DNA from: Chryseobacterium sp.
GTDB taxonomy: Bacteria > Bacteroidota > Bacteroidia > Flavobacteriales > Weeksellaceae
Length of the DNA: 41,223 nt
Direction: 5' to 3'
Assembly: GCA_015478785.1 (NCBI GenBank)
Contig: JADMKO010000024.1
Span: 1 to 41,223, forward strand
This document shows, piece by piece, positions 10,532 through 19,085 of the stretch. The position numbers and the translations under genes were made by a program. Numbering within the stretch: the stretch's first letter is position 1; every line of letters starts with the position of its first letter. Below the pieces are notes generated by a model. The model searched no databases and had not been told where the DNA came from. It saw only the letters and a list, made by a program, of their open reading frames with translations.

Positions 10532-10945
10532 TTATTCAGCGTTGTTGCTGTCTGTTGTTGTTTCTGTAGCTGCAGGTTCTGCTGCTGCTGCTTTCTTAGC
10601 CTTTGGAGCGGCTTTCTTTTCTTTCTTGTCATTATCGAAACCTGTGATTCCGGTAATTACGATTTGAGATAAAGATTGTCTGTGACCATTCTTTTTCTCG
10701 TATCCTTTTCTGCGTTTCTTTTTGAAGACAATTACTTTGTCAGCTTTTATGTGGTCCAGGATTTCAGCATCAACAGTGATACCGCTTACAGCCGGGGCGC
10801 CAACAGTCGTAGAACCGTTTACAGTAAGAAGAACTTTATCAAAAGAAACTTTCGATCCTTTGTCTCCTTTCAGACGGTTTACAAACAACTTCTGGTCTTG
10901 CTCAACTTTGTATTGAAGCCCTGCTATCTCTACAATTGCAAACAT
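10532..10945 (-). CDS. rplU: 50S ribosomal protein L21 with low-complexity C-terminal extension
   Basis: MFAIVEIAGLQYKV...FKKKRRKGYEKKNGHRQ; adjacent to rpmA. Confidence 0.99.
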   Translation of the reverse strand: MFAIVEIAGLQYKVEQDQKLFVNRLKGDKGSKVSFDKVLLTVNGSTTVGAPAVSGITVDAEILDHIKADKVIVFKKKRRKGYEKKNGHRQSLSQIVITGITGFDNDKKEKKAAPKAKKAAAAEPAATETTTDSNNAE

Positions 10946-10985
10946 TGCTTATAATTTTTAGGTTGTTAATAAATATTTGAGTGTG

Positions 10986-11015
10986 CAAAAGTACAAAATA
11001 TTTCTATAATTCAAA
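10986..11015 (-). promoter_or_regulatory. sigmaA promoter for rplU-rpmA
   Basis: Minus strand TTTG-N18-TACTTTTG, same architecture as the secA-operon promoter. Confidence 0.8.
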
Positions 11016-11037
11016 GGGTTGTGTGTGTTTTTTATTT

Positions 11038-11045
11038 TACATTTG
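11038..11045 (+). promoter_or_regulatory. sigmaA -7 element (TACATTTG) for the acyltransferase
   Basis: TAnnTTTG match 20 nt upstream of the ATG at 11066. Confidence 0.6.
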
Positions 11046-11065
11046 ATTCTGAATAAGCAGACTAT

Positions 11066-12157
11066 ATGCAAAGAGACCTTTACATTGATTTCGCCAAGGG
11101 TATTGCCACCCTTTCCATTATTTTTATTCACACCGTATTCTGGAGCGGACAGTTTTATGTTCCTTCGGAAATGCGGGTGCTTTCACTGCTAATAGATGTG
11201 CCGCTGTTTTATGCACTCAGCGGACTCACTTCCGGCAATAATGTTGAAAAAACACTTTACCGACTTCTGAAACTGCAGATTACCTACATGATCTTTGTAA
11301 CATTTCTGTTTTTCCTGGATTATTTATTTAAAGTTTTCGGGCTTCATTTTTTCGGAATGGATGAGATGAAAAATTTCTATTCCACCTTTGGCAGTAAATA
11401 TGTACCACAGAATATTTCGGATATTCCACAATGGCAAAACTTGGGCAACTGGTACCTTCACAGCTATACCAACGCGGACACTTTTCCTGTAGTGATGGGA
11501 AGTTTCTGGTATCTGAAAGTATATTTCATCATGACCGTTTTTGGTGTTTTGATCCTGAAATTTTTTCCTAAGCATGTTCGTTGGTTCATCGGAATCTGTC
11601 TTGCCCTGATCCTTCTTTTTCATTTCTTTCCCCATTATTATCCTTCAGGTCAGGTAGGATATATCGTTGTTTATCTCGGCGTTTTTCTGGTTGCCAATAC
11701 TTTAAAAGGGAAAAAAATCCCTACGAAAACCATTCCTTTTATCTATGCGGGAATTGCGCTACTATTGATCGGAATGTTCTGGAATTATGGAAGTGATATA
11801 TTTTACAGAATGAATAAACAGAAATTTCCCCCGAAAATCCCGTACGTTATTTGGTCTTTATTTTCGTTGGCCACCTTATTTGTCTTATATAACAGATTGA
11901 AAATCAGAAAAGATAATTTCATCAATTATATTGGGCGGAATGCTATTTTCTATTATTTCGCACAGGGAATGAGTTCTTCGCTCATCTATTTTCTCGTGGT
12001 TCCCTTGCAAGAAAAAATGCATTGGGGCGTTTTGTTGATATTTATTTTTGCTGTTAATATTGTTTTGGCCATTCTCCTTGCGGAATTCCTCAAAAAAATA
12101 GATCAGCTTGGCTGGAAAGTTTTAGAATTTTTAAAACAAAAAACCGCTGAAAATTAA
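11066..12157 (+). CDS. Membrane acyltransferase family 3 (O-acyltransferase)
   Basis: RDLYIDFAKGIA...IIFIH, VPLFYALSG, FWYL; about 10 TM segments. Confidence 0.88.
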   Translation: MQRDLYIDFAKGIATLSIIFIHTVFWSGQFYVPSEMRVLSLLIDVPLFYALSGLTSGNNVEKTLYRLLKLQITYMIFVTFLFFLDYLFKVFGLHFFGMDEMKNFYSTFGSKYVPQNISDIPQWQNLGNWYLHSYTNADTFPVVMGSFWYLKVYFIMTVFGVLILKFFPKHVRWFIGICLALILLFHFFPHYYPSGQVGYIVVYLGVFLVANTLKGKKIPTKTIPFIYAGIALLLIGMFWNYGSDIFYRMNKQKFPPKIPYVIWSLFSLATLFVLYNRLKIRKDNFINYIGRNAIFYYFAQGMSSSLIYFLVVPLQEKMHWGVLLIFIFAVNIVLAILLAEFLKKIDQLGWKVLEFLKQKTAEN

Positions 12158-12256
12158 TTTAATCGCTTAGGAAAGTACAGTCAAATCAGCAATAGAAGAA
12201 GGGTTTGACTGCTGTAATGAAAAAAATTCTTATCTTTAATTTCTTTTTTAAACAGA

Positions 12257-13633
12257 ATGCAGAAACTTCGGTTTTCCAAATACTTCAAAGGAATTGTCAT
12301 CCTGCTGGATATCTTTATCATTGCTTTTGTCTTTGTTTTCTTTTTTCATCTCAGAAACCGGGAACTTCAGATTCAAAACGTAGACTGGGAGCAAAATGGG
12401 CTTTCAATTCTGCTACTTATTTTCTTCTGGATATTGTTGAGCGGCAGAACCAAACTCTATGATATTCCCAGAAATCTAACCTACACACTTTATCTGGAAC
12501 GCCTCATTAGCCATATTCTTATTTTTCTGTTCGGGATTATTCTTTTAGGTAAAGTAAGCAATAACATCTTTCTGAAGCATGAACGCTTCGGCTTGGCTAT
12601 CAGTCTGTTTGTTATTTTCTTTTTTCTGAAATCGATCATTTTCTTTTTCTTGAAATTTTTGAGAACAAAAGGCCTTAACTTCCGGAATGTCATGTTTTTA
12701 GGAGCGAAAACAGATGCGAGTGAAATTTTGGAAAATGCGCTGACTGAGAGAAGGGATTATGGTTTTAAAATTCACCCTTATCCTCATACGGAAATTCGAA
12801 ATGAAGAATTGGTAGCTTTCTGGAGTGAAAACGGAATTCATACGCTGTATATGCCGGCGCATGGTTCAGGCATCAGTTCCGCACAACAGAATGAAATTTA
12901 TCAACAGGCAGAAATCCATAAAATAAAAGTAGCGCTCATCCCCGAAACGGATAACAACCATTATTTCAATTATGAAGTAATGTATATTGAAACCCAGCCT
13001 GTCCTTTCGCCGGCGAAATTCCCTTTGGATTACTTCAGTAACTGGTTGATAAAAAGGATATTCGATCTCCTGTTTTCTGCTTTGGTTATTGTTTTTATTG
13101 CTTCATGGCTTTTCCCGATTCTGGCTTTATTAATTAAAATCAACAGCAAAGGCCCGGTTTTTTTCAAACAGAAACGCTATGGTTATCATGATGAGGTTTT
13201 TTACTGTTATAAATTCAGAACGATGGTGGTGAATAATGAATCTGCCAGTAAAACTACCAAAGAAAATGATGAGCGCATTACCTCAATAGGAAAATTTTTA
13301 AGAAAAACCAGCCTAGATGAAATGCCTCAGTTCATTAATGTTTTGTTAGGCGAAATGTCCGTCGTAGGTCCGCGTCCGCACATGCTTTTGGTGGATGATT
13401 TTTATAAAAGAAAAATAGGAAAATATACCATTCGGAGTCTTGTAAAACCTGGAATTACAGGCCTTGCTCAGGTAAATGGCCTGCGTGGTGACACCGGAGA
13501 TATGAATGTTGAAATGAAGAAAAGAATCTTAGCAGATGCGTTCTATGTGAAAAACTGGAGTCCGATTCTGGATCTTGTCATTATTGTCAAAACTATTTAC
13601 CTCGTGCTGGCGGGAGATAAAAAAGCGTATTAA
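12257..13633 (+). CDS. Polyprenyl-phosphate glycosylphosphotransferase (WcaJ/CpsE-like priming transferase)
   Basis: 4 N-terminal TMs; KRIFDL, YKFRTM, DERIT, LRKTSLDEMPQFINVLLGEMSVVGPRP, KPGITGLAQV. Confidence 0.93.
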   Translation: MQKLRFSKYFKGIVILLDIFIIAFVFVFFFHLRNRELQIQNVDWEQNGLSILLLIFFWILLSGRTKLYDIPRNLTYTLYLERLISHILIFLFGIILLGKVSNNIFLKHERFGLAISLFVIFFFLKSIIFFFLKFLRTKGLNFRNVMFLGAKTDASEILENALTERRDYGFKIHPYPHTEIRNEELVAFWSENGIHTLYMPAHGSGISSAQQNEIYQQAEIHKIKVALIPETDNNHYFNYEVMYIETQPVLSPAKFPLDYFSNWLIKRIFDLLFSALVIVFIASWLFPILALLIKINSKGPVFFKQKRYGYHDEVFYCYKFRTMVVNNESASKTTKENDERITSIGKFLRKTSLDEMPQFINVLLGEMSVVGPRPHMLLVDDFYKRKIGKYTIRSLVKPGITGLAQVNGLRGDTGDMNVEMKKRILADAFYVKNWSPILDLVIIVKTIYLVLAGDKKAY

Positions 13634-13671
13634 ACATCTGATGATAAGTAGAAAAATATTAATTTAGCCGC

Positions 13672-14424
13672 ATGATAAAAAAGTTCCTGAACGCTTTTGG
13701 AGAATACTTTTTGCTGATAGGAAAATCCTTCAGAGCTCCACAGAAAATGTCCGTTTTCTGGAAGCTCCTGATGAGGGAGATCACTGATTTGGGAGTCAAT
13801 TCTTTTGGATTGGTCGTCTTTACCTCACTATTTGTGGGAGCCGTAGTAGCTATTCAGATGTTCAATAATTTTGATGCATCGGCATTCCCGATTCCACAGT
13901 CTTTTGTAGGTTATGCCACGAAAGCGGTGTTGGTTTTAGAATTTTCGCCCACCATCATCAGCCTTGTTCTTGCAGGTAAAGTAGGATCGTATATTGCTTC
14001 CAGTATCGGAACCATGCGGGTTTCCGAACAGATTGATGCATTGGATATTATGGGAGTTAATTCTGCCAGTTATTTAATTTTTCCTAAGATTGTTGCGAGT
14101 CTTATTTTTAATCCACTGCTCATTGCAATCAGTATAACAATGGGGATTTTTGGTGGTTATATTGCCGGTGAATTAACAGGCAACTGGACCGAGGCAGATT
14201 ACGAGACTGGAATTCAGATGTATATGCCAAATCTCTTTTACTATTACGCGTTCATCAAAACTCTGGTTTTTGCTTTTATAATTGCTTCAGTACCGGCTTA
14301 TTATGGATACAATGTAAAAGGAGGTTCCCTGGAAGTAGGAAGGGCGAGCACTCAGGCAGTAGTCTGGACTATGGTCTTTATTATCATTTCTGAATTATTA
14401 CTTACCCAAATGATATTAAGCTGA
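13672..14424 (+). CDS. mlaE: MlaE-family ABC transporter permease
   Basis: EFSP...LAGKVGSYIASSIGTMRVSEQIDALDIMG; VGRASTQAVV. Confidence 0.92.
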   Translation: MIKKFLNAFGEYFLLIGKSFRAPQKMSVFWKLLMREITDLGVNSFGLVVFTSLFVGAVVAIQMFNNFDASAFPIPQSFVGYATKAVLVLEFSPTIISLVLAGKVGSYIASSIGTMRVSEQIDALDIMGVNSASYLIFPKIVASLIFNPLLIAISITMGIFGGYIAGELTGNWTEADYETGIQMYMPNLFYYYAFIKTLVFAFIIASVPAYYGYNVKGGSLEVGRASTQAVVWTMVFIIISELLLTQMILS

Positions 14425-15227
14425 TGATTGAAGTAAAGGATTTAAAAAAGAAGTTTGGGGATACTGAAGTCCTGAAAGGCATCAGTACCAGTTTTGAAAC
14501 CGGCAAAGTTAACCTCATCATTGGGCAAAGTGGTTCAGGGAAGACGGTGTTTCTGAAATCGTTGCTCAATGTTTATGAACCATCATCGGGAACCATTCTT
14601 TTCGATGAGAGAGATGTCACGAAATTGTCAAGGGAAGAGAAACAGAGTTTGCGTGCGGAGATCGGAACCGTATTTCAGGGCGGTGCGCTTTTCGACTCGC
14701 TTACGGTGGAAGAAAATATAACATTTCCTCTGGATATGTTTACCAACCTTACTTTCCGTGAAAAGAAAAGAAGAGCAAGAGAAGTAATGGATAGTGTGCA
14801 TTTGGAAGGAGCCAGTCGAAAATTTCCGGCAGAGATTTCTGGCGGTATGCAGAAAAGAGTTGCTATTGCACGGGCGATTGTGAATAATCCCAAATATCTT
14901 TTCTGCGATGAACCCAACTCTGGATTGGATCCTTATACTTCCAATGTTATCGACGATTTATTGGTAGAAATTACGCAACAATATAATACCACTACCATTA
15001 TCAATACCCATGATATGAATTCGGTGATGACTATTGGCGAGAAAATTGTATATCTGAAGGATGGCCTTCTGGAATGGGAAGGAAATAAAGATAACGTTAT
15101 TACAGCAAAAAATGAAAATCTGGTTGATTTCGTATATTCATCAGAACTTTTTAAAGAACTTAGAGAATATTTCTTGTCCACAGATAAAACTTCAATTGAA
15201 AATATTAAACCTAAGGAAAATGAATAA
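14424..15227 (+). CDS. mlaF: MlaF/Mkl-family ABC ATPase
   Basis: GQSGSGKT, FQGGALFDS, ISGGMQKRVAIARA, DEPNSGLDP; TGATG overlap with mlaE. Confidence 0.9.
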   Translation: MIEVKDLKKKFGDTEVLKGISTSFETGKVNLIIGQSGSGKTVFLKSLLNVYEPSSGTILFDERDVTKLSREEKQSLRAEIGTVFQGGALFDSLTVEENITFPLDMFTNLTFREKKRRAREVMDSVHLEGASRKFPAEISGGMQKRVAIARAIVNNPKYLFCDEPNSGLDPYTSNVIDDLLVEITQQYNTTTIINTHDMNSVMTIGEKIVYLKDGLLEWEGNKDNVITAKNENLVDFVYSSELFKELREYFLSTDKTSIENIKPKENE

Positions 15228-15852
15228 ACTTTTATTTACCATCTTGTTTTCGGCTTCCGTAAGTGTTGCTGCTCAAGTGTCATTCGCCGGAAAAGCGAAT
15301 ATGATTTTTCCAACCGGAAGCCCTTCTTGGGAAAATTTAAGCAACGCTGTTCCCGAAATTTACAATAATAGCGGGAAAAATAACATAGGATTCAATATCG
15401 GAATTTCAGCCAAGGTTGATCTTCCTTCCTCTTTCTTTATTATGCCAGAACTGTACTATACTACTTTCAAAAATTCTTTTACGCACAGAGATACCAATAC
15501 AACGATTGAAGCGGTGAATAATCGTATAGATTTGCCCGTGCTTTTGGGGATGAACGTAGTGAGCAATTATCTTGGTGTGGTAGCCGGACCTGTTGCAAGT
15601 TATAATCTGAGTTCAGAAAATCAGTATAATGATTTCAAAGAAAATGCAACGAATAACTTTACGGTTGGATACCAGTTTGGTCTTCAGTCCAAAATCAGCA
15701 AAATTGTTCTTACAGCAAGATATGAAGGAGCATTCACTTCGGATGAACGAACGTATGTGAATTCCGCTTCAAATGCGATTGATCCCGATTATGTGATTCG
15801 CTACGACAACAGGCCAAGCTTGATAATTTTAGGAATCGGATACGTTTTCTAA
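15220..15852 (+). CDS. Outer-membrane beta-barrel protein (PorT/OMP_b-brl_2-like), 210 aa
   Basis: Signal peptide from the ATG at 15220 (MNKLLFTILFSASVSVAAQ), about 8 amphipathic strands, C-terminal beta-signal LGIGYVF. Confidence 0.82.
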   Translation: MNKLLFTILFSASVSVAAQVSFAGKANMIFPTGSPSWENLSNAVPEIYNNSGKNNIGFNIGISAKVDLPSSFFIMPELYYTTFKNSFTHRDTNTTIEAVNNRIDLPVLLGMNVVSNYLGVVAGPVASYNLSSENQYNDFKENATNNFTVGYQFGLQSKISKIVLTARYEGAFTSDERTYVNSASNAIDPDYVIRYDNRPSLIILGIGYVF

Positions 15853-15895
15853 GAATTGTTATTGATTTAATTTGCAATAAAATAAATGCGCAGAA

Positions 15896-16225
15896 TTAAA
15901 AATTATTCTGCGCATCATTATTTAAAACTGATTCTTGTCTTAATGCTTCTTCTTTTTTAGCCTGTTCTTCAGCTTGTTTTTGTAAAATTGCACGTTCTTC
16001 CAAAAGTCTTTTAAATTCCTGTCTTTTCTTTTCTTCTCTTATTGCAGAACCTTTGCTGATGTAACCGATAACACCTCCGATGATGAGCCCAATTCCTATT
16101 CCTGCCAGCATTCCCATCAGACTGATGGGTTCAAAAAATCTGACGGGAGAAAACTCCGGCATAAGATTATACAATAAAAACGAAACGCCGAGAAGCAGCA
16201 CACCTGCAAAGATCAAATTCTTCAT
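15896..16225 (-). CDS. Small membrane protein, 2 TM plus C-terminal coiled coil
   Basis: Two hydrophobic segments then a charged helical tail; upstream TACATTTG element. Confidence 0.75.
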   Translation of the reverse strand: MKNLIFAGVLLLGVSFLLYNLMPEFSPVRFFEPISLMGMLAGIGIGLIIGGVIGYISKGSAIREEKKRQEFKRLLEERAILQKQAEEQAKKEEALRQESVLNNDAQNNF

Positions 16226-16288
16226 AATGGATTGGATTGTAAACTCAAATGTAAATAAATTTAAGACAATTCCGATAAAAAAAAGAAT

Positions 16289-17095
16289 TTATTTTCCGCC
16301 TGCAGCTCTGTAATACTCCATCGCTTTGTTCATATATTTATTCAAACCAGCAATACGGTCTTCCGGTCCGGGGTGGGTAGAAAGGAATTCAGGCGGGCGT
16401 TGGTTGTTTCCGGATGCAGATTCCATTCTGTTCCAAAACGGGATTGCTTGTCTAGGATCGTATCCCGCCATTCCCATAAGATAAAGCCCCATTTGATCAG
16501 CTTCAAGTTCTTGTTTCCTTCCGTAGGAAAGTAAAACCATTTGTCCTCCGATTGGATATACCTGAGAAAATATTTGGGCCCATTGTCCGCTGGAAATTGT
16601 GGATCCAATAAGAGCACCTCCCAATTCTGCCACCATTGCCTGTGAAATTCTTTCATTTCCGTGTCCTGCTAATGCGTGTGAAACTTCATGTCCAAGAACA
16701 ACTGCAAGTCCCGTATCATTACCCGTAATAGGGAGAATTCCTGTATAAACAGCTACCTTTCCTCCGGGCATACACCATGCGTTAAGTTGTTTGTTTTCAA
16801 TCAGTTTGAATTCCCAGTTGTAATGTGCAAGGTCAGATTCCCGACCGATATTTCTATAGTAAGCTTGCGCTGCATTTTTAATTCTGTTTCCTACATTCGT
16901 AACACTTTTGGCTTGTTGCGTTCCGGTAATCACCTTTTCTTGTGTTAGGGTTTTCCGATATTCCTGTGCAGCCATCGTAGAAATTTCAGCATCGTTGGCC
17001 AGTTTCAGGGAAGATCTTCCGGTAATGGGATTGGTGGAGCAGGCTGTCATTACGGTTAGTGTAATTCCGATTCCTAAAATACTTTTACTATTCAT
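16289..17095 (-). CDS. M48 family zinc metallopeptidase lipoprotein
   Basis: Lipobox MTAC, NAWCMPGG, HEVSH, ELEAD, FLSTHP. Confidence 0.93.
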   Translation of the reverse strand: MNSKSILGIGITLTVMTACSTNPITGRSSLKLANDAEISTMAAQEYRKTLTQEKVITGTQQAKSVTNVGNRIKNAAQAYYRNIGRESDLAHYNWEFKLIENKQLNAWCMPGGKVAVYTGILPITGNDTGLAVVLGHEVSHALAGHGNERISQAMVAELGGALIGSTISSGQWAQIFSQVYPIGGQMVLLSYGRKQELEADQMGLYLMGMAGYDPRQAIPFWNRMESASGNNQRPPEFLSTHPGPEDRIAGLNKYMNKAMEYYRAAGGK

Positions 17096-17123
17096 AACAG
17101 ATTATTTAATACTTTCAGATTCC

Positions 17124-17138
17124 TCAATTTTTATTCCA
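17124..17138 (-). promoter_or_regulatory. Putative sigma54-type -24/-12 promoter for the M48 peptidase
   Basis: Minus strand TGGAATAAAAATTGA, 28 nt upstream of the ATG, with correct GG-to-TTG spacing. Confidence 0.4.
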
Positions 17139-17201
17139 AAAGAAAAAGAGTATTTTTTTTGCATTAAATTTGTAGTGATTGTATAACAAAATATATCAAA
17201 A

Positions 17202-17729
17202 ATGAAAAAGATTATATTTCTGATGATGAGCATGTTACTTTTTCAGGGATGCTCTTCACAGATTTACGTTTCTCCGGAAGCGTTAGAAAACATGGTGAAC
17301 GCAAAGCAGCTCACTTTTATGGCGGAAAAAGCCAATTCTTCAAATCCTGATGTGATTAATGCTGCCAATTCAATTCCTACGTACAGCGCATCCCAAATGA
17401 TGAGGTTAGATTATGGCTACACCCTCGTTCTGAAGAAAAACTCTATAACGGCCGCGCTTCCTTATTTTGGCAGAGTTTACAATGCAAATATTTACAATAC
17501 TGATAAACAAGGGATTAATTTTAGCTCTAAAGATTTTACCATTACGCAGGAGCAGAATAAGAAAGGAACTTATTTTCTGAAAATCACGCCGCGGGATGTT
17601 TCTCACATCAATGTTTTACACCTGGAAATTTACAAAAACGGAAAAGCGACACTTTCTGTTAATGCTCAGGACCGGCAACCGATTTCCTATGACGGGTATA
17701 TCATGAAAAATGAGGAAACTAAGAAATAG
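17202..17729 (+). CDS. DUF4251 family lipoprotein
   Basis: Lipobox FQGC, LPYFGRVY, RQPISYDG; upstream TAAATTTG at 17165..17172. Confidence 0.8.
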   Translation: MKKIIFLMMSMLLFQGCSSQIYVSPEALENMVNAKQLTFMAEKANSSNPDVINAANSIPTYSASQMMRLDYGYTLVLKKNSITAALPYFGRVYNANIYNTDKQGINFSSKDFTITQEQNKKGTYFLKITPRDVSHINVLHLEIYKNGKATLSVNAQDRQPISYDGYIMKNEETKK

Positions 17730-18708
17730 ATTTCCCTAAAATCTTTTCCACAAACAACTTAGCTTCAGAACTCGGATTTGCGCGCAGTTCTGATACATTA
17801 TTTTTATGATTTTCTAAAGAATTCTGCATGGTATTTTCTTGGGTTGTTGCCTGAAGAATATAATGCTGTACCCAATAATCAAAACGTTTTTCGGCCTGCT
17901 GTTTCCGTACTTCTTCGAAACGGCTGCTCTGTTTTTTCAGTTCGATAAATTCTGAAATTTTCTCTTCTACTGATTCCAGTCCTTCGTTTTGCAACGCAGA
18001 TCCCAATAACACCGGAACTTTCCAGTTTTTCTCTTTTTCATGCAGAAAATATAATGCTCTCAGAAGCTCCTGTTTCGTCGATTTCGCCTTATTTATGTTT
18101 TCAGGATTTACTTTATTGATGAAAATAATGTCCACCATTTCCATCACACCGCGCTTTATTCCCTGCAATTCATCGCCTCCGCCAATTATTTTCAGGAAAA
18201 GAAAAACATCCGAAATGTCTGCTACCAGAACTTCACTTTGTCCCACGCCCACGGTTTCTATTAGAATATGATCATATCCTGCGGCTTCGCAAACCAGCAT
18301 CGTTTCAAAAGTAGTGTTCGCAATTCCGCCCAGAAATCCTGAACTTGGGGAAGGTCGGATGAAAGCATTTTCTTCTTTTGCCAGTTCTTCCATCCGGGTT
18401 TTATCTCCTAAAATGCTGCCTTTGTTTAAAGATGAACTGGGATCAATAGCGAGAACTGCGACTTTTTTTCCTTTTTGAATGAGGAGCTTACCAAAACTTT
18501 CGATGAAAGTAGATTTTCCCGCACCAGGAACTCCTGTGATGCCGATGCGGACCGAGTTTCCGGTGTAAGGCATTACTTTCTTCAGCAAATCTTCAGCTTG
18601 CAGCCGGTGTTCTGCGTTTCGGCTTTCCACCAGCGTGATGGCTTTTCCGAGCATTCGTTTGTTGCCGGATCGTATTCCTTTTATCAGTTCTTCGTTGGAA
18701 ATTTTCAT
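17719..18708 (-). CDS. meaB: Methylmalonyl-CoA mutase-associated GTPase MeaB
   Basis: GITGVPGAGKST, AIDPSS, GSILGDKTRM, IETVGVGQSE, GDELQGIKRG. Confidence 0.96.
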   Translation of the reverse strand: MKISNEELIKGIRSGNKRMLGKAITLVESRNAEHRLQAEDLLKKVMPYTGNSVRIGITGVPGAGKSTFIESFGKLLIQKGKKVAVLAIDPSSSLNKGSILGDKTRMEELAKEENAFIRPSPSSGFLGGIANTTFETMLVCEAAGYDHILIETVGVGQSEVLVADISDVFLFLKIIGGGDELQGIKRGVMEMVDIIFINKVNPENINKAKSTKQELLRALYFLHEKEKNWKVPVLLGSALQNEGLESVEEKISEFIELKKQSSRFEEVRKQQAEKRFDYWVQHYILQATTQENTMQNSLENHKNNVSELRANPSSEAKLFVEKILGKSIS

Positions 18709-18713
18709 TTTCT

Positions 18714-18746
18714 CAAATGTACAAAAAACAATTTTCCGGCTTCAAA
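18714..18746 (-). promoter_or_regulatory. sigmaA promoter for meaB (possibly leaderless)
   Basis: Minus strand TTTG-N21-TACATTTG, then only 5 nt to the ATG. Confidence 0.55.
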
Positions 18747-18779
18747 AATATCTGTATTTTAGAGCACAAATATTTACCA

Positions 18780-19064
18780 ATGAAAAAAGGAATTCTTACA
18801 GTGATAGTTTCAGGTATTTTTATGGTTTCCTGTACACAGAAAGGAACTGCAGTACAACCCGGAAGCAAAGTTTCAGAATCTGACCGTATTGCACAGGGAA
18901 AAGTAATTTTCGATAATTCTTGCGGAAAATGTCATGATCTTCCGGACCCGAAATCTCATAATGATGATGAATGGATCGGGATTGTCAATATTATGGCAAA
19001 GAAATCCAAGCTAACAGAGGAGCAGGGAACTTTAGTCTATGAATATATTACGGCAAATAATTAA
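18780..19064 (+). CDS. Small mono-haem c-type cytochrome lipoprotein (94 aa)
   Basis: ATG at 18780 gives a signal peptide with lipobox MVSC; CGKCH haem motif; candidate distal Met in NIMAKK. Confidence 0.85.
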   Translation: MKKGILTVIVSGIFMVSCTQKGTAVQPGSKVSESDRIAQGKVIFDNSCGKCHDLPDPKSHNDDEWIGIVNIMAKKSKLTEEQGTLVYEYITANN

Positions 19065-19085
19065 AACAAGTCTTCACCGGGATTT

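Noticed and set aside
15061-15219. N-terminal extension of the beta-barrel ORF
   Set aside because: Lies inside mlaF; the signal peptide begins at the ATG at 15220.
17719-17729. 11-nt 3' overlap of the convergent DUF4251 gene and meaB
   Set aside because: Common in compact genomes; no evidence of regulatory meaning.
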